Shown piece by piece: positions 1 to 8,518 of a stretch of DNA of 64,000 bases (position 1 is the first letter of the stretch; each line of letters begins with the position of its first letter). The translations under genes were made by a program, and so were the position numbers. The notes under the pieces are model-generated. The model was not told the origin of the DNA, made no database searches, and saw nothing but the letters and a program-made list of their open reading frames with translations. Source of the stretch: Oscillospiraceae bacterium. GTDB taxonomy: Bacteria; Bacillota; Clostridia; Oscillospirales; Ruminococcaceae. The stretch is from positions 2,835-66,834 of the forward strand of contig JAZAUD010000008.1 of assembly GCA_036373775.1 (NCBI GenBank), read 5' to 3'.

Positions 1-203
1 ACCACATCCCCAATTGTCCGGATGGTGTCAACAATTTCATCGGGAATCCGAACATCTGTCGCACTTTCAATTGATACAATCAATTCCACCACATCCATGG
101 ATGTTGCGTTTAAGTCGTCTAAAATGTCAGTATCTTCTGTCAAATCTTCTACGTCTCTGTCGAATTGGTCAGCGATAATCGCCGCTACGGTTTCAAATTC
201 CAT
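1..203 (-). CDS. acyl carrier protein-like (phosphopantetheine-binding) protein, truncated by window edge
   Basis: Hand translation from ATG (complement of 201-203): MEFETVAAIIADQFDRDVEDLTEDTDILDDLNATSMDVVELIVSIESATDVRIPDEIVDTIRTIGDV... It has the ACP helix-II-like motif with Ser (TSMDVVEL). RBS GGAGGG is the complement of 214-219. Not in ORF track; the + ORF 22-327 is its antisense shadow. Confidence 0.6.
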   Translation of the reverse strand, partial: MEFETVAAIIADQFDRDVEDLTEDTDILDDLNATSMDVVELIVSIESATDVRIPDEIVDTIRTIGDV

Positions 204-497
204 CAAAATAAATCCCTCCATTGAAATTTCCGGTTTATCTCCGGAAAAAAAGTTTCTGAAATCAGTATACCGGAAAAATACCATTTCTGTCAATAGGCTG
301 AATTCCCATCTTTCAAGAAGATTTTGAGCCTTTTTTTGTACAAATTGCCGTTTTTCTATACAAACCGTATTTTCTAGCATCAATTTTACTGATTTGTAAT
401 GATTTTTTGCAAAAAAAATGATAAAAACCATTGTATTTTTACGAAAAATATGTTATCATAGAAAGGACTATTGAAACATCACGAGGAGGATTTTATC

Positions 498-1322
498 ATG
501 AATTACAAATTGATTGGTTATCCTTTGGGGCATTCTATGTCCCCTTGGATTCATGAACATTTATTTGCAATGTCCGGCAAAAAGGCAGAGTATGCCCTTT
601 GTGAGATTGCGCCGGAATCATTGGAACAGGCAATTCCTGAACTGCAACAATTGAACGGCTTCAATATCACCATTCCGCACAAAGTAGCAATCATTCCCTA
701 TCTGGATGAACTGGACGAAACCGCTCAACGCTATCACTCTGTGAATTGTGTTGTGAATCAAGATGGCAAATCCATTGGCTATAATACGGACTGCATTGGA
801 TTCTTGCGGAGTGTTCCCCCAATCCAAGAGCGTGATAATGTCCTGTTGATTGGCAGTGGCGGAGTTGGGCGCATGATGGCAACTGAAGTATATTTGAGAG
901 AAGCCAATTTGACCATTGTCGAGAAAAATATTGCCCTTGCAGAAGCCTTGAAACAAGAATTGGAATCTCCCAATTATGAAAATACCATTCGTGTGTTAGA
1001 CTCTGCACCTGATGAGCATTTTGATTTGCTCATGAATGCTACCCCTGTGGGAATGTTCCCAAAAGTTGACAATTGCCCTGTTTCAGATGAAGTAATTGCA
1101 AATTGTGATAAAATCTTTGATGTGATTTATAACCCCACTGAAACATTGCTTGTCAAAAAGGCGAAAGCAATGGGGAAAATTGCTGTCGGCGGTTCAGCTA
1201 TGCTGGTATGGCAGGCAGTCAACGCTCATGAAATCTGGTATGGTTTCGATTATGACCCTCATCAGATTGATGAACTTTTGAAAGAAATGGAACAGGAAGT
1301 AAACAGGATGTTCCCTGTTTAA
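498..1322 (+). CDS. aroE: shikimate dehydrogenase
   Basis: MNYKLIGYPLGHSMSPWIHEHLF, NITIPHK and GYNTDCIGF motifs. Start moved to ATG 498, behind AGGAGGA (483-489), rather than the track's TTG 471. Confidence 0.85.
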   Translation: MNYKLIGYPLGHSMSPWIHEHLFAMSGKKAEYALCEIAPESLEQAIPELQQLNGFNITIPHKVAIIPYLDELDETAQRYHSVNCVVNQDGKSIGYNTDCIGFLRSVPPIQERDNVLLIGSGGVGRMMATEVYLREANLTIVEKNIALAEALKQELESPNYENTIRVLDSAPDEHFDLLMNATPVGMFPKVDNCPVSDEVIANCDKIFDVIYNPTETLLVKKAKAMGKIAVGGSAMLVWQAVNAHEIWYGFDYDPHQIDELLKEMEQEVNRMFPV

Positions 1323-1410
1323 AGGGGCTTGGGGGAAAATTGCCCCCTTAGTACGAACTGCGCCAGTTTTAGGCGGTTCGTGCTAAGCCTTAAAGGGCAA
1401 TTGTCCCCCA
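1321..1410. repeat. palindromic intergenic repeat, copy A (inverted orientation relative to copies D/E)
   Basis: TGGGGGAAAATTGCCC...GGGCAATTGTCCCCCA terminal inverted arms, inner arms CTTAGTACGAAC/GTTCGTGCTAAG, and a central GCGCC..GGCG hairpin. The reverse complement aligns with the 5691 copy. Confidence 0.75.
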
Positions 1411-1430
1411 TTATAGAAAGGAGAAAATGC

Positions 1431-1952
1431 ATGACAGTTTTTCTTTGTGGTTTTATGGGATGCGGAAAAAGTACAGTCGGGGCGAGGATGGCGAAAGAAA
1501 TGGATTGCCCTTTTGTAGATATGGATTCTTACATTGAAGAAAAAGCAGGAATGACCATTCCTGAAATATTTGAGAAGCACGGCGAACCTTATTTCCGTGA
1601 CCTCGAAACGGAAGCCATTCGGGAACTTGCCGGACGTGAAGGCGTGATTGCTTGTGGTGGCGGTGCAATGCTACGGAATGAGAATGCTAAGATTGCAAGG
1701 GCGCACGGAATTGTATTGATGCTGGACGTGCCGTTCAATCTATGTTACCAACGAATTGCCAATACAGACCGCCCCATTGTTCGCCGGAGTACCAAACAAC
1801 AGCTTTACAAACTTTATGAACAAAGGAAAAATATCTACCGCCGGCATAGTTCGCATATTCTTTTTGCGGTCTATACCCCTGACACCAATACCCAAAAATG
1901 TCTTGAATTGATTAAATGGAAACAACATCAGGAGGATGAATCAACAACATGA
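1431..1952 (+). CDS. aroK: shikimate kinase
   Basis: MTVFLCGFMGCGKSTVG Walker A and DMDSYIEEKAGMTIPEIFEKHGEPYFRDLE. Start set at ATG 1431 after AAAGGAG, because the upstream part of track ORF 1329-1952 lies in the repeat element. Confidence 0.85.
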   Translation: MTVFLCGFMGCGKSTVGARMAKEMDCPFVDMDSYIEEKAGMTIPEIFEKHGEPYFRDLETEAIRELAGREGVIACGGGAMLRNENAKIARAHGIVLMLDVPFNLCYQRIANTDRPIVRRSTKQQLYKLYEQRKNIYRRHSSHILFAVYTPDTNTQKCLELIKWKQHQEDESTT

Positions 1953-3109
1953 TAATTTATAATGCGGAAATTTACTCCATGACGGAGGATATGCATTTTT
2001 ATGGCTATGTGAAAATTGAAGGTACTAAAATTGTGGCTGTCGAACAGGGAAAGCCTGACAGCGTGACAGAAAATGATATTGATGCCAATGGTGGGTTACT
2101 CTTTCCGGGGTTCATTGATGCACATACACACCTTGGCATTATCGAAAATGGCTTAGGCTTTGAAGGGGATGACTGCAATGAAGCCAGTGACCCTTTCACC
2201 CCACAAATGAGAGCTTTGGACGGTATCAACCCTTATGACCGTTGTTTTGAAGATGCACGGAATGCCGGAATTACTTCTGTCATGGTTTCCCCCGGAAGTG
2301 CGAATGCTTGTGGCGGTGAAATGGTTCTCTTGAAAACGGCTGGTCGCTGTGTGGATGAAATGCTTGTGACTCCATGCGGTATGAAGTTCGCACTTGGTGA
2401 AAATCCGAAAACCGTCTATAATGACCGTGATGAAGCTCCTGTTACCAGAATGGCAACTGTCGCCTTAATTCGTGAAGGATTGCAGAAAGCCAAACTCTAT
2501 GCCGAAAAGTTGGAACGCTTTGAGGAACATCCCGACGAGGAAGAACCACCGGAATACGATGCGAAATGTGAAGCCCTCTTACAGCTCCTAGAAGGTGACG
2601 AAAAAGCACATTTCCATTGCCATCGGTCTGATGATGTGGCAACGGCGCATAGAATCGCACAGGAATTCGGTCTTGACTTGGTCATTATCCACGGAACAGG
2701 CGCACACAAAAACGCTGATTTGTTCGGGGAATGGGGTTTGTCTGTGATTGTAGGACCTGTCATTTGTGACAGAGGAAAGCCGGAAATGATAGACCTTGAT
2801 ATTTCCTGTGCTGGGGAACTTTATCGAAATGGGGTTCATGTGGCAATCTGCACAGACCATCCGGAAGTACCAATTCAATACTTACCGTTATCAGCTGCAT
2901 TGGCTGTGAAAGGCGGTTTACCTCGTGAAGCGGCACTTCGTGCGATTACTTCGGAAGCTGCGGATATTTTGGGAGTTTCTGACCGTATCGGCAGAATTCA
3001 AGCCGGATTAGATGCAGATTTAGTATTATTTGCGGATGACCCCTTGAATATTATGAATGAACCTGTTTTTACTATGATAAACGGAAAAATTGTCTATGCA
3101 AGTAAATAA
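1949..3109 (+). CDS. metal-dependent amidohydrolase family protein
   Basis: GFIDAHTHLG (HxH metal site) and a C-terminal DADLVLF-type motif. 4-nt overlap with aroK. Confidence 0.7.
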   Translation: MIIYNAEIYSMTEDMHFYGYVKIEGTKIVAVEQGKPDSVTENDIDANGGLLFPGFIDAHTHLGIIENGLGFEGDDCNEASDPFTPQMRALDGINPYDRCFEDARNAGITSVMVSPGSANACGGEMVLLKTAGRCVDEMLVTPCGMKFALGENPKTVYNDRDEAPVTRMATVALIREGLQKAKLYAEKLERFEEHPDEEEPPEYDAKCEALLQLLEGDEKAHFHCHRSDDVATAHRIAQEFGLDLVIIHGTGAHKNADLFGEWGLSVIVGPVICDRGKPEMIDLDISCAGELYRNGVHVAICTDHPEVPIQYLPLSAALAVKGGLPREAALRAITSEAADILGVSDRIGRIQAGLDADLVLFADDPLNIMNEPVFTMINGKIVYASK

Positions 3110-3133
3110 TATTTTACTTGGAAGGAGTATACC

Positions 3134-3976
3134 ATGAAAGAAATTTCAGTGCAGGAAATTACTGATACAGTTGCAGAACTTTGTATTCAAGCGAATAAAA
3201 TTTTACCGCCTAATCTGGAAAAGCGCATTTATGAATGTGCGGATTGTGAACAATCCCCTGTTGCTCAGGCGGTATTTGATGACCTGAAAGCCAATTTACA
3301 GGCAGCAAAGGAAGAAAACCTCCCCATTTGTCAAGATACCGGAATGACGGTTATTTTCATTGAGTTAGGGCAGGAGGTACATATTACAGGCGGTTTATTA
3401 AATAATGCTGTCAATGCCGGAGTTGCCAAAGGCTATACAGAGGGCTATTTAAGGAAATCTGTGGTTTCTGACCCTCTGGAACGTATCAACACAAATGATA
3501 ATACCCCTGCTGTCATTCATCTGACCTTGACAGAGGGCGATAAGATGAAAATTTCCGTATGTCCGAAAGGCTTCGGGAGTGAGAATATGTCACAATTGAA
3601 AATGCTGACCCCTGCAAGCGGTCGGGATGGCGTTGTGAAATTTGTGGTGGATGCCATTGCACAAGCCGGAAGTAACCCCTGTCCGCCTATGGTGATTGGT
3701 GTCGGGATTGGTGGCAACTTTGAGGAATGCGCTTTACTTGCCAAAAAAGCCCTTTGTCGTGATGCAGATGAGCGCAACCCCATTCCCTATTATGCTGAAC
3801 TTGAAAGCGAATTGCTTGACAAAATCAACGCTTTGGGAATCGGTGCGCAAGGGTTCGGCGGAACGTGTACGGCTTTATATGTGAATGTGGAAGCAGGTGC
3901 TACCCATATTGCAGGCTTGCCGGTTGCGGTCAATGTCGGCTGTCATGTGACACGTCATGCAGAGAGAATACTATAA
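3134..3976 (+). CDS. Fe-S hydro-lyase alpha subunit (class I fumarate hydratase / L-tartrate dehydratase alpha type)
   Basis: LPICQDTGMTVIFIELGQEVHI and VCPKGFGSEN are typical of the tartrate/fumarate Fe-S hydro-lyase alpha region. No beta subunit gene follows. Confidence 0.75.
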   Translation: MKEISVQEITDTVAELCIQANKILPPNLEKRIYECADCEQSPVAQAVFDDLKANLQAAKEENLPICQDTGMTVIFIELGQEVHITGGLLNNAVNAGVAKGYTEGYLRKSVVSDPLERINTNDNTPAVIHLTLTEGDKMKISVCPKGFGSENMSQLKMLTPASGRDGVVKFVVDAIAQAGSNPCPPMVIGVGIGGNFEECALLAKKALCRDADERNPIPYYAELESELLDKINALGIGAQGFGGTCTALYVNVEAGATHIAGLPVAVNVGCHVTRHAERIL

Positions 3977-4010
3977 AAATTAAAGAGATACGGAGAAAAA
4001 TGCTATTAAA

Positions 4011-4089
4011 ATGGGGGAATATTGCGCCGTTAAGTCTTAGCGCAGATTGCTTAAAACTGTTGCAATCTAAGGGCGCAACTTTCCCCCAT
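4011..4089. repeat. palindromic intergenic repeat, copy B
   Basis: ATGGGGGAATATTGCGCC...GGCGCAACTTTCCCCCAT arms, central AGATTGC-TTAAAACTGT-TGCAATCT hairpin. Confidence 0.75.
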
Positions 4090-4106
4090 TACAGAAAGGA
4101 GAAAAA

Positions 4107-4871
4107 ATGTTACTAGCGATTGATATAGGCAATACGAATATTGTCCTTGGCTGTTTTGATGATGATAAAATTTTATTTCGTGAACGCATTGCAACCAATC
4201 AGCAACAAACCGATTTGGAATATGCTACTAAAATCAGAATGGCTCTTGATATTTATCATATTGCCCCCGAAACAATTGAGAATGCAATTATTTCGTCTGT
4301 TGTTCCCACTGTCACCAATACCATGAAACAAGCCATCCAAAAATATATTGGTTGTGAAAGCATGATTGTGAAAAGCGGTATCAAGACAGGGCTTTCGATT
4401 ATGATTGATAATCCGGCTCAATTGGGGTCTGATTTGGTGGTGGATGCGGTCGCAGGAGTAGAGGAATATCCCGTTCCATTGATTATCATTGATATGGGAA
4501 CAGCAACCACATTATCTTATATTGATGCAAATAAAAATTATCGTGGCGGTATCATTATGACTGGAATGGCGGTTTCTGCGGATGCTTTAGTCAGTCGGAC
4601 GGCACAGCTCCCGAAAATTGCCTTTGAAGCACCTAAGAAAATTATTGGGACAAATACCATTCATTGTATGCAATCGGGAATGATGTATTCCACAGCATAT
4701 GCATTAGATGGCATGATAGCACACATTGAGGAAGAAACAGGCAATGCTTGTACTGTTGTTGCAACTGGCGGACTGGCAAGCACGGTGATTCCCCTTTGTA
4801 AGCGTGAGATTATTCTGGATGATGATTTACTGCTGAAAGGCTTGTATTATATTTACCATCGAAATAAGTGA
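4107..4871 (+). CDS. coaX: type III pantothenate kinase
   Basis: MLLAIDIGNTNIVLGCF N-terminus, IIDMGTATT, ATGGLA. Confidence 0.9.
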   Translation: MLLAIDIGNTNIVLGCFDDDKILFRERIATNQQQTDLEYATKIRMALDIYHIAPETIENAIISSVVPTVTNTMKQAIQKYIGCESMIVKSGIKTGLSIMIDNPAQLGSDLVVDAVAGVEEYPVPLIIIDMGTATTLSYIDANKNYRGGIIMTGMAVSADALVSRTAQLPKIAFEAPKKIIGTNTIHCMQSGMMYSTAYALDGMIAHIEEETGNACTVVATGGLASTVIPLCKREIILDDDLLLKGLYYIYHRNK

Positions 4872-4892
4872 GATAAATCGGAATTTAAAAAT

Positions 4893-4990
4893 AAAGGGAT
4901 ATGGGGGATGTTGCACCGGAAAGCCTCAATGCAAATTGCTGAAAACTAATGCAATTTACATTGAGGGCGCAACTTTCCCCCATACCCCCT
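4893..4990. repeat. palindromic intergenic repeat, copy C
   Basis: AAGGGATATGGGGGATGTTGCACC...GGGCGCAACTTTCCCCCATACCCCCT. The core CCTCAATGCAAATTGC / GCAATTTACATTGAGG is self-complementary around the loop TGAAAACTA. Confidence 0.75.
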
Positions 4991-5076
4991 AAAAATTAAA
5001 TTCTGATTTTTCCGAAAACTATCACAGGGAATACAAATTTTTCTGCTATCATCCAATTAAAGGAGATGAAACCAAA

Positions 5077-5691
5077 ATGACAGACAGCATTTACGGTGGT
5101 TATGCCAATATTTTAGAAGAATTGCGTACCATGATGGAAGAGCGTATCAATACTTATACCAAAGAAGTCTATCAGGAAACAGGGCTGAAAATCTGCGAAC
5201 ACCTGATAGCCCGTGTCAAATCAGAAGACAGCATGAGAGAAAAATGCAACCGAAAAGGTGTTCCGGAAACGCCGGAATCTGCTTTAAAGCGAATGCGTGA
5301 CAGTATTGGAATTCGGATTATTTGTCCGTTTTTGGATGATATTTATGAAAATGTCGAACGTTTGCGGAGTTTTCCAGACTGTCAAGTTGTGGAAGAAAAA
5401 GATTATATCCGTCATGCCAAACCCAATGGGTACAGAAGTTATCATATGATATTGGAATTGGAAACGGATTACCCCGACATTTCCGGCAATCCCAAAGGGA
5501 AATATTTCGTTGAGGTTCAGCTCCGAACCATTGCAATGGATTCATGGGCGGCTTTGGAACACCAGATGAAGTACAAAAAGCATATCGAAAATCAAGAATT
5601 GATTGTGGAGGAATTGAAACGCTGTGCAGATGAGTTGGCTTCCTGTGATGTTTCTATGCAGACCATCCGGAATTTAATACACCATTCTTAA
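5077..5691 (+). CDS. small alarmone synthetase (RelA/SpoT-domain GTP pyrophosphokinase, RelQ/RelP-like)
   Basis: GIRIICPF, NGYRSYHMILE, VEVQLRTIAMDSWAALEHQMKYK. Confidence 0.8.
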   Translation: MTDSIYGGYANILEELRTMMEERINTYTKEVYQETGLKICEHLIARVKSEDSMREKCNRKGVPETPESALKRMRDSIGIRIICPFLDDIYENVERLRSFPDCQVVEEKDYIRHAKPNGYRSYHMILELETDYPDISGNPKGKYFVEVQLRTIAMDSWAALEHQMKYKKHIENQELIVEELKRCADELASCDVSMQTIRNLIHHS

Positions 5692-5876
5692 TGGGGACAA
5701 TTGCCCTTGAAAGCCTTAGCACGTTTTGCAAAAAAACTAATGCAAAACGCACTAAGAGGGCAATTTTCCCCATACCCCTTATTTTTAATGGGGACAATCG
5801 CCCTTGAAAGCCTTAGCACGTTTTGCAAAAAACTAATGCAAAACGCACTAAGAGGGCAATTTTCCCCATACCCCTT
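5691..5876. repeat. two tandem, nearly identical copies (D1 5691-5780, D2 5788-5876) of the palindromic repeat
   Basis: ATGGGGACAAT(T/C)GCCCTTGAAAGCCTTAGCACGTTTTGCAAAAAA(A)CTAATGCAAAACGCACTAAGAGGGCAATTTTCCCCATACCCCTTA occurs twice head-to-tail. Confidence 0.9.
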
Positions 5877-5908
5877 AATATTATTTATCCTATAAAGGAG
5901 TAAAAGAA

Positions 5909-6583
5909 ATGAGATTATTATTAGCAGAAGATGAAATGGAATTATCAAGACCATTACAAGCCATTCTGAATCATTCCGGCTATGCGGTGGATGCCGTTTA
6001 CAATGGTCAGGAAGCTGTGGAACAAGCTGGAAAGAATGCTTATGATGCAATGATATTTGATATTATGATGCCTGTCATGGATGGTATCACAGCATTGCAA
6101 ACCCTCCGAAATCAGGGAGATTATACCCCTGTTTTACTTTTGACGGCAAAAGCCGAAATTGACGACCGTATTGCTGGACTGGATGCCGGTGCAGATGATT
6201 ACTTAACAAAGCCCTTTGCAATGGGGGAATTGCTTGCAAGAATCCGTTCTATGACAAGGCGAAACGATACTTACACACAAAAGAAATTGACTGTTGGTTC
6301 TGTGGTTCTTGATACCTCGGAACAATCGCTTTCCTGTGAAAATAGTATCCGCTTAGCCAATAAAGAAGTCAAGCTTGCAGAATTACTCATGAATCACGCA
6401 GGAACGGCAATTTCTACCGCTGAAATTATTGACAAAATCTGGAGCGGTAACGGAAACGCTAAAGCTGTCTGGATGTATGTATGTTTCCTGAATAGTAAAT
6501 TGCAGTCCATCAATGCCAATGTTTCCATTTCCGGTGAGGAGAACGGCAGTTTCACTTTATACGTTGTTGGTGAAAATCCATGA
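5909..6583 (+). CDS. OmpR-family response regulator
   Basis: Receiver domain (LLAEDE...FDIMMPVMDG...TAKA), TKPF linker, winged-helix C-terminus. Confidence 0.9.
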   Translation: MRLLLAEDEMELSRPLQAILNHSGYAVDAVYNGQEAVEQAGKNAYDAMIFDIMMPVMDGITALQTLRNQGDYTPVLLLTAKAEIDDRIAGLDAGADDYLTKPFAMGELLARIRSMTRRNDTYTQKKLTVGSVVLDTSEQSLSCENSIRLANKEVKLAELLMNHAGTAISTAEIIDKIWSGNGNAKAVWMYVCFLNSKLQSINANVSISGEENGSFTLYVVGENP

Positions 6584-7857
6584 TTCGTAAACTTCGGAAA
6601 AAGTTCATTTTGATTGCATCAGGGGCAATCTTGATAATTTTAGCAGTAGTGGTGGTAAGCATTAACCTTGTCACATATGCTTCCACCATTTCAGAAATTG
6701 ATTCCATTCTGGATTTCATTCTTGATAATAACGGACATATGCCAATGGATTTACAGCACCGTGAAAATTTCCTTTTCCATGTCAATGGGGAATTACCTTA
6801 TGAAACCAGATATTTTTCACTGATTCTTGATAGTACCGGAACGATTGTGAAAACGGATTATGAACATATTGCTTCTGTCTCTGATGAAGACTTTTTTCCC
6901 TTTGTTTTTTATGGTTTAAAAAAGAATAAGGGAAGAATTGAAAACTCTGAAGGAATTTATTTTTTCGAAAAAAAGCAAATCAGTGCGGAAGAATTACAGG
7001 AAATGGATTCTGACATTGAATTGACTGATTCCACCTATCTGGTCATTGTTTTTATGGATGGGACAAACCGTATTTACCATTTCCGGAATATGCAATTATT
7101 TTCGATATTGAGTAGTATTTTCTGCTTCATTGTATTCTTTGCGTTAATCTCTGTTTTTTCTGACAGGGCAATCAAACCCACAATTGAAGCCTATGAAAAG
7201 CAAAAGCGTTTCATTACGGATGCTGGACATGAACTCAAAACCCCTTTAGCAATTATCTCCGCCAATGCAGAAGTCATTGAAGCTATGGACGGAAAATCAG
7301 AATGGACGGAAAGTATCCTGAATCAGGTCAAACGGCTTTCAGGATTGGTCAATGATTTAATTACCCTTGCAAAATTGGAAGAAGCGGAAGAACGTGGAGA
7401 CGTTGCCACAGAAGACCTTGATTTTTCCGCAAAAGTCAAGGAAGTATTTGATGCATTCCATCCAGTGATTACCCAACAGGGAAAACAATTTTCCGCTGAC
7501 ATTGCCGAACATATTTCCATCAAGGCAAATATCAAAAGCATTCATGAATTGGTTTCGATTCTGATTGATAATGCTGTCAAGTATTGTGATGATGGTGGTA
7601 CAATTTCAGTGATGCTGTCCAAGCAAAAAAAATATGCCGTTCTTGCAGTCACAAACGACTATCAGGAAGGCGAAAATGTTGATTATTCTAAATTCTTTGA
7701 CCGATTTTACAGGGAAGATTCTTCCCGCAACAGTGCAAAGTCTGGTTATGGGATTGGCTTATCCATGGCGGAAAATATTGTGAATCTGCATAAGGGGAAA
7801 ATTTCAGCCGGATTTCGTGACGGAAAAATTACGTTTACTGTTCAATTATTATCATGA
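6580..7857 (+). CDS. sensor histidine kinase
   Basis: Two TM segments, HisKA box ITDAGHELKTPLAII, HATPase_c (NAVKY..., GYGIGLSMA). 4-nt overlap with the regulator. Confidence 0.85.
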   Translation: MIRKLRKKFILIASGAILIILAVVVVSINLVTYASTISEIDSILDFILDNNGHMPMDLQHRENFLFHVNGELPYETRYFSLILDSTGTIVKTDYEHIASVSDEDFFPFVFYGLKKNKGRIENSEGIYFFEKKQISAEELQEMDSDIELTDSTYLVIVFMDGTNRIYHFRNMQLFSILSSIFCFIVFFALISVFSDRAIKPTIEAYEKQKRFITDAGHELKTPLAIISANAEVIEAMDGKSEWTESILNQVKRLSGLVNDLITLAKLEEAEERGDVATEDLDFSAKVKEVFDAFHPVITQQGKQFSADIAEHISIKANIKSIHELVSILIDNAVKYCDDGGTISVMLSKQKKYAVLAVTNDYQEGENVDYSKFFDRFYREDSSRNSAKSGYGIGLSMAENIVNLHKGKISAGFRDGKITFTVQLLS

Positions 7858-8279
7858 AAAAAAATTTTTTATCAATTCTCTGGATACTGTTGCAATGTAT
7901 ATGGTGTACCCCTCAAAATCTGATTGGTTTGGTATTACATCTGATTCACCGGAAAAATGGATATTATCATTTTCGTGGGGCAATTGTGACAGCTTGGAAA
8001 CATGAAGGATGTACCTCATTAGGGGCATTCATTTTCATGGAACAATCCTGTCTGCATCATGAAAGGTTGCTTGTACATGAATATGGTCATACGGTACAAA
8101 ATGCCGTACTTGGTTGGCTGTATCCGCTTGTGATTGTAATACCCTCCATGTTGTGGTATCATTTGCCAATGTGTCAACACTACCGCAAACGGAAACAATT
8201 CTCCTATTATCGCTTTTATACCGAAAAATGGGCGAACGCTTGGGGGGAAAAAGTTTGTAAAATGCCGTCAGTGAGATAG
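7854..8279 (+). CDS. hypothetical small membrane protein with HExxH motif
   Basis: Hydrophobic N-terminus, VHEYGHTVQ motif. 4-nt overlap with the HK gene suggests co-translation. Confidence 0.5.
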   Translation: MKKNFLSILWILLQCIWCTPQNLIGLVLHLIHRKNGYYHFRGAIVTAWKHEGCTSLGAFIFMEQSCLHHERLLVHEYGHTVQNAVLGWLYPLVIVIPSMLWYHLPMCQHYRKRKQFSYYRFYTEKWANAWGEKVCKMPSVR

Positions 8280-8295
8280 TCTCAAACTATTATAT

Positions 8296-8518
8296 GCATT
8301 GCTTTCCCCATACCCCTTATTTTAAATGGGGACAAATCGCCATAAGGCTTGCTTCAAATTGCATTTCGTAAACTCAATACAATTTTTGCAAGGGCAATTT
8401 TTCCCCATACCCCTTATTTTAAATGGGGGATGCAATGCAGTAAGACTTGACACATTCAACCAAAAATAAGATTTTTGCCTGAATTTGTGTCAAGTGCATT
8501 GCTTCCCCCATACCCCTT
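8296..8518. repeat. repeat array: solo right-end half element (8296-8323) plus two full copies (E1 8326-8415, E2 8423-8518)
   Basis: The end sequence (T)TTCCCCATACCCCTTATTTT occurs three times, and ATGGGG(A/G) occurs twice. The cores differ but are self-complementary (E2: CTTGACACATTC / GAATTTGTGTCAAG). Confidence 0.8.

Noticed and set aside
22-327. 101-aa + strand ORF at the window start
   Set aside because: It is the antisense shadow of an ACP-like gene on the minus strand that has a good RBS and the ACP Ser motif.
5688-6050. ORFs 5688-6050 (-) and 5701-5895 (+) containing duplicated peptide segments
   Set aside because: The duplication is the tandem D1/D2 palindromic repeat read in arbitrary frames. 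There is no RBS, and the region is intergenic between the alarmone synthetase and the response regulator.
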